Source of the DNA: Fibrobacterales bacterium
GTDB taxonomy: Bacteria > Fibrobacterota > Fibrobacteria > Fibrobacterales > JAOPTW01
Assembly (NCBI GenBank): GCA_051532035.1
Contig: JAOPTW010000013.1
Location: forward strand, 326,442-390,441
Length of the DNA: 64,000 bases
Reading direction: 5' to 3'
The notes below the pieces were generated by a model. It saw only the letters and a list, made by a program, of their open reading frames with translations, was not told the origin of the DNA and ran no database searches. How positions within the stretch are numbered: position 1 is the stretch's first letter; every line of letters begins with the position of its first letter. The position numbers were made by a program, and so were the translations under genes. Of this stretch, positions 60,041-64,000 are shown piece after piece.

Positions 60041-63000
60041 TTATAACTCTTCACATTCTTCTGATACATCACTTCGAACAACACCCATTGTTCGAGTAAC
60101 GGAATGCTTCTCACCAGAGGCAAAATAATATGTTACTTTCCACATATAGATACCGCTTCCAACGTTCCGACCTTGGGTATCTTTCAGATCCCATTTGAGA
60201 TCATTAATAAACAGACCCGGTTGGTTTGATTGATTTTGTCGTTCTGCATTATCAAACTCTCCACAATAGCCAAAGTGTTGAGTCCACTGAGTTATAAATT
60301 GCCCGATATTATCATAGATGGCAATATCGGCGCGGTATGCACCATCAAGTATTCCTGTTACCGTAACCATTGATGCAGAGCACCCATACCGAAACTCCTC
60401 TTCACTTTCGTCATCATCATCAGAGCATTCTGCATTACCATCACTATCAAACGTTACAACACCATCTACAGGGGCCACCCATGTCTCTCCTAATGGAATA
60501 TCAACACTGTACTGTTCTTCTATCAGGTCACCATCAGCATCGTATAGGGGGATTGTCTCTGAAGGAATAGAGCCACCTTTGTCTGAAGAAATCCCTACCA
60601 CTGATTCGCGAAAAGTCATACGGAGGTTTTCTGCCTTTCCTTCTATACCGGTAATTTCTACAGATGCATTTTCAGAAATATTGTTATAGATATCTCCTAC
60701 TTCAATGTCACTATTCAACATGAGTCTATCACCAACTCGTGGAGGATTTTCAGCAGAACTATTGTGTACTAAAATCATCCACACACGAGTATCATTCAGT
60801 GCTATGGGTTCTTCTACAACAGTTAAGGTACCCTCTTTATGCTTTTGAATGAGTCTAAACATGCGATTGATTTTCGCATCGATTGGTGTTTTTATTTCTT
60901 CAGATAAGGTAACAATTAAGGTATCCGGCGCTACTTGTACTACAACAGAATCATCGGTTTCTACTGCATAGCGTTTATAATGAGACGGATATTTTCTCGC
61001 TTCTAGAATAACAGGCCCTATGCTGTCTACTATAGGTATCTCTATGGTATTCAATTCTAACGTAGGGATATTGTCCTCATCGGCAGCAGTTACTCCCTGT
61101 TCTAGGGAACCTTCTGGTAAGGTAATCACCAATCGAGAACGATCCTCACTCCCCCATTCATTGGTAACAAATGCCATATCTTTTTTGGAAACGCTCAATT
61201 CCTGTGCCCCCTCATGCGGCCAATCAATCGATGTGATTTCTTCAGGAATCTGATCGAGTTCCATATCAAAAACCACCGTAATCTGATCAGCGCGACCATC
61301 TGAGTCGCTATCTTCAATATAGGCCAATTCTATTTGAGCCACTTCTACAACTTCTACAATTTCTTCAACGACCGTTAATCGTGCAGTATCTGGTTCGAGC
61401 CCTGAATACCGTGCTATAACAACAGCCTCTCCACCAGCTTCCATAACAATTTCTGCACTGGTAGGCCCATCTGAATCTACCTCTGCAACATCTCGATTAT
61501 CAACACTCCAGTCCAGAGTTTCTGTAAATTCAACGAGATTGCCAAACCGGTCTCGCACAACCGCATAGACTGTTTCTGAAGAGTGATTTTCTCCAAGAGT
61601 AACGGTAATTTGTTCTGCGTACTTTTTGCGGTTATCACTCTCCTGCTTTTTCTGAAGGTCAATCCCATAGGGCTCGCCAGGTCCAATTGAAACGGTTACC
61701 ATTTCTGACAATTCTCGTTTCGGATAGGCGGGATCTACATATTCAATCATCAATTGTAGCGTACGAAAGGCATTGGTTGCGGTAAATTTCCATACTCCTT
61801 TATCACCCTTAAACAACGCATCACCATCCTCTGAGTCATTACCAACCATACTCCAAGTAAAATTATCTGAATCAGTAATATACCGCTCATCGAATACATC
61901 ATACACCTCAGCCATAAGGTCAATAGTATCACCGGCAGCAAGCTCTTTATCATCTACCTCTAAATAAGCTGGCCCTGGCGCAATTACAATATCGGGTTGA
62001 ATTGGTACAATACTCACTTCTGCGAAGTCAAAGGTCAGGTAGGGGTCGCCATTGGTCTGAAAGACTGCTTCGAGATACGCTTTATGGTACCCGTTTTCTA
62101 TTGTGTAAAAAACATCATCAAAGGAAAGCTCTGCATAGGCTGTCTGAATCAATCCATCATTCTCCTCCCCTTTACCTGTTTTATTTTGCATTTTGATAGG
62201 TAACTGCATCTCTTTTCCTTTTTGAGTAATCAAATGAAGCGTTGCTCCACTTACATCGTAATCTCCAAAAATAAGGTTAAAATAGAGTGCGGTATCAGGG
62301 TTTACTAACCCCTTCTTTACTGAGAAATCAAAGGCAAATACCACTCGAGTATCCCACGATACTTCAACATCTGTCCACTGCGAACCACTAGTTCCAGAAC
62401 CCACTTCTGCGCCGCGAGAAGAGTATTTCATATTGGCTTTTTCTGCGCCATCTCTGTTATCAAACTCATCACCCCCACCTGATTTTACCGTACCGGCACG
62501 ATCAAGATCAGGAAGAAAGTCGCCTCCGTAGAGCATGCCTTCACTGTCTTTATTCAGTGGCTGACCCGCTGCACTTCTCAGGTTTCCACTTATGCCATCT
62601 CCCCAGCCCGTTCCATCCATATCACCCACACGGATAAACTTAAAGGGAGTCCCGCCAATAGGTTCAAGCAACACATTATTTGAGGTGTCCTTTGTATCAG
62701 ACTCTCCCCACACTTCCATCTCATAGAGTGAATAGCCATAGCTGGTAGTACGCTGTATACAATTGAGTTTCACAAATTTTGCCGTTGTTTCGGTAAATGA
62801 AATCTCTTTGGTTTCTCCCCTCTTTCCATTGGTAACCTCGGCAACACGTTCCCAATTCGTTAAATCAGTTGAAGTCTCAATAGTATACTCTTTCGCGGAA
62901 GCATCTTCCCAATTGAGCATTACTTTATCAATTGAGTAGTTTGCCCCTAAATCTACTATAAGATGATACGGACCGTTCCCTATCTGACTCGCCCAACGAC

Positions 63001-63175
63001 TATCCTTTCCGGTTTTTCCATCAATGGCAAGGTGCGGACTCAATTCAGGACTCTGATCATTCGTCGCAATCACTTTATTTAATGCCAAATTCTTTACCTT
63101 GGCCTGTACCACTGTGGTTGCACACAGTATCCCTAAGAACAGAATGGTTTTTATATTTCCCTGTACCTGTATCAT
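60041..63175 (-). CDS. large secreted protein: N-terminal F5/8 type C (discoidin/CBM32) domain, multiple beta-sandwich regions, FlgD-Ig-like C-terminal domain
   Basis: ATG 63175 gives MIQVQGNIKTILFLGILCATTVVQA. Discoidin NLALNKVIATND...HLAIDGKTGKDSRWAS...HLIVDLG...VMLNWEDASAKEYTIETSTDLTNW. C-terminus WDLKDTQGRNVGSGIYMWKVTYYF. Confidence 0.8.
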   Translation of the reverse strand: MIQVQGNIKTILFLGILCATTVVQAKVKNLALNKVIATNDQSPELSPHLAIDGKTGKDSRWASQIGNGPYHLIVDLGANYSIDKVMLNWEDASAKEYTIETSTDLTNWERVAEVTNGKRGETKEISFTETTAKFVKLNCIQRTTSYGYSLYEMEVWGESDTKDTSNNVLLEPIGGTPFKFIRVGDMDGTGWGDGISGNLRSAAGQPLNKDSEGMLYGGDFLPDLDRAGTVKSGGGDEFDNRDGAEKANMKYSSRGAEVGSGTSGSQWTDVEVSWDTRVVFAFDFSVKKGLVNPDTALYFNLIFGDYDVSGATLHLITQKGKEMQLPIKMQNKTGKGEENDGLIQTAYAELSFDDVFYTIENGYHKAYLEAVFQTNGDPYLTFDFAEVSIVPIQPDIVIAPGPAYLEVDDKELAAGDTIDLMAEVYDVFDERYITDSDNFTWSMVGNDSEDGDALFKGDKGVWKFTATNAFRTLQLMIEYVDPAYPKRELSEMVTVSIGPGEPYGIDLQKKQESDNRKKYAEQITVTLGENHSSETVYAVVRDRFGNLVEFTETLDWSVDNRDVAEVDSDGPTSAEIVMEAGGEAVVIARYSGLEPDTARLTVVEEIVEVVEVAQIELAYIEDSDSDGRADQITVVFDMELDQIPEEITSIDWPHEGAQELSVSKKDMAFVTNEWGSEDRSRLVITLPEGSLEQGVTAADEDNIPTLELNTIEIPIVDSIGPVILEARKYPSHYKRYAVETDDSVVVQVAPDTLIVTLSEEIKTPIDAKINRMFRLIQKHKEGTLTVVEEPIALNDTRVWMILVHNSSAENPPRVGDRLMLNSDIEVGDIYNNISENASVEITGIEGKAENLRMTFRESVVGISSDKGGSIPSETIPLYDADGDLIEEQYSVDIPLGETWVAPVDGVVTFDSDGNAECSDDDDESEEEFRYGCSASMVTVTGILDGAYRADIAIYDNIGQFITQWTQHFGYCGEFDNAERQNQSNQPGLFINDLKWDLKDTQGRNVGSGIYMWKVTYYFASGEKHSVTRTMGVVRSDVSEECEEL

Positions 63176-63312
63176 AATACCCTTCTCAATTTCGATCACA
63201 TACTCAAATTTGGGTATGCGTAAGAACCTCAAAACTATCAGTTGATTTTTTATTCTCTAAATGTATTGAAGAACCCCTAAGTGTCTTCGTAGCTCTGGTG
63301 TGTTGTGTACAC

Positions 63313-64000
63313 CTATTCTTTTTCTATTATGAGCCACTCAATAGAATCTATGTCAAATCTTCCCTCTTCTGTCGTTATAAAGCCGACGTTTCTTAGACGA
63401 CTTAATAAATCTATAATACGTACATCTGGCGGATCAGTAGGCCCTAAGGCCGTTTTAAAATTCATTTCCTCTAGGGATAGCACTACCTCGGACCAATTAT
63501 TCGTCGGCTCTATGAGTGGAAAAACCCCCATGAACGGAGTATACATCCCTGAGCCATCTCCACGATCAAATTGAAAATCAACGGTAACATCGACATTCCC
63601 CTTAATATAAAACCGTAGATGAGTATACGCTGACACATTTACAACAGTATCATCAAACCGCGTTCGTACTCCTCGTAATGAAATATCATCCTCATCATCT
63701 GAATCATCTTCTCTAAAATTCACAACCGATATACCGTACCCATCATATCCATCTCCAATAGTAACATCCTCTTGATTTATCGCCGCGCGATCTTCCAAAG
63801 GATGATACCAAGTGTTTTGCAGCAATTGAATATACCAAGTAAAATCATGCATACCATCTATTGCCCCTCTCCAATCGCCATCATCAAAGGAGTCAAATGC
63901 TACTACTACCGTGTCGGAAGTTACTGTTGCAGTGGTATCACTTGCATCTACCGGATCGGTCACCTCCTCGGTATCGTTGCCATCATCGTCTACCGCTGTG
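63313..64000 (-). CDS. secreted protein fragment (5' end outside the window), CBM11/CIA30-like beta-sandwich suspected
   Basis: The frame stays open from the track's GTG at 63963 to base 64000 (TAVDDDGNDTEEV-TDPV...). The fold assignment is a guess from the pattern FDSFDDGDW...LRFYIKGN...FDIDSIEW. Confidence 0.55.
   Translation of the reverse strand, partial: TAVDDDGNDTEEVTDPVDASDTTATVTSDTVVVAFDSFDDGDWRGAIDGMHDFTWYIQLLQNTWYHPLEDRAAINQEDVTIGDGYDGYGISVVNFREDDSDDEDDISLRGVRTRFDDTVVNVSAYTHLRFYIKGNVDVTVDFQFDRGDGSGMYTPFMGVFPLIEPTNNWSEVVLSLEEMNFKTALGPTDPPDVRIIDLLSRLRNVGFITTEEGRFDIDSIEWLIIEKE

Noticed and set aside
1-64000. Search for CRISPR arrays, tRNA/rRNA genes, transposases, integrases and reverse transcriptases
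   Set aside because: There are no regularly spaced direct repeats with unique spacers. I could find no T-loop (GTTCRANYC with pairing stems) or rRNA-like stretches. No ORF has DDE, tyrosine-recombinase or RT motifs.

Overview
The window reads as chromosomal DNA from a low-to-moderate GC, probably motile, glycan-degrading bacterium. Ser-rich linkers and Por/T9SS-type C-terminal domains suggest the Fibrobacteres/Bacteroidota (FCB) group, but that is inference only.

I see no rRNA, tRNA, CRISPR array, transposase or integrase.

Layout:
1. 1-7450: a visibly AT-richer accessory island. It holds an orphan AAA+/STAND-like ATPase with a wHTH and a Zn ribbon, several small unknown ORFs, and a tightly coupled C5-cytosine methyltransferase plus restriction endonuclease pair. 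These are followed by about 1.9 kb of decayed non-coding DNA with C-rich direct repeats and a frameshifted HTH remnant.
2. 8086-14791: secreted glycan-binding proteins, namely a BNR/discoidin protein, a PepSY membrane protein, a lipoprotein and a beta-propeller/ricin lectin.
3. 14903-21759: housekeeping genes (rlmF, MazG-like, ABC exporter, U32 peptidase, KamA-type radical SAM).
4. 22002-28330: a same-strand run of an AraC regulator and three secreted enzymes or adhesins.
5. 28574-31477: putA.
6. 31535-48979: a dense signalling block. It contains an HD-GYP response regulator, a 1431-aa hybrid histidine kinase, a REC-PAS regulator, a class III cyclase, a 2387-aa Ser/Thr-kinase/AAA/GAF/PAS/His-kinase megaprotein and an MCP.
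7. 49253-64000: a CBM6-GH enzyme, a collagen/coiled-coil/C-type-lectin (collectin-like) protein, an SSS transporter, a Zn-ADH, two tandem CotH-family lipoproteins, a discoidin giant protein and a truncated CBM-like gene.

The candidates I find most interesting:
- the collectin-like bacterial protein
- the orphan ATPase module beside the R-M system, as a possible uncharacterised defence module
- the tandem CotH pair with acidic tails
- an in-frame amber codon at codon 3 of the KamA-family gene

All functional calls rest on motifs read by eye. No database search was run.
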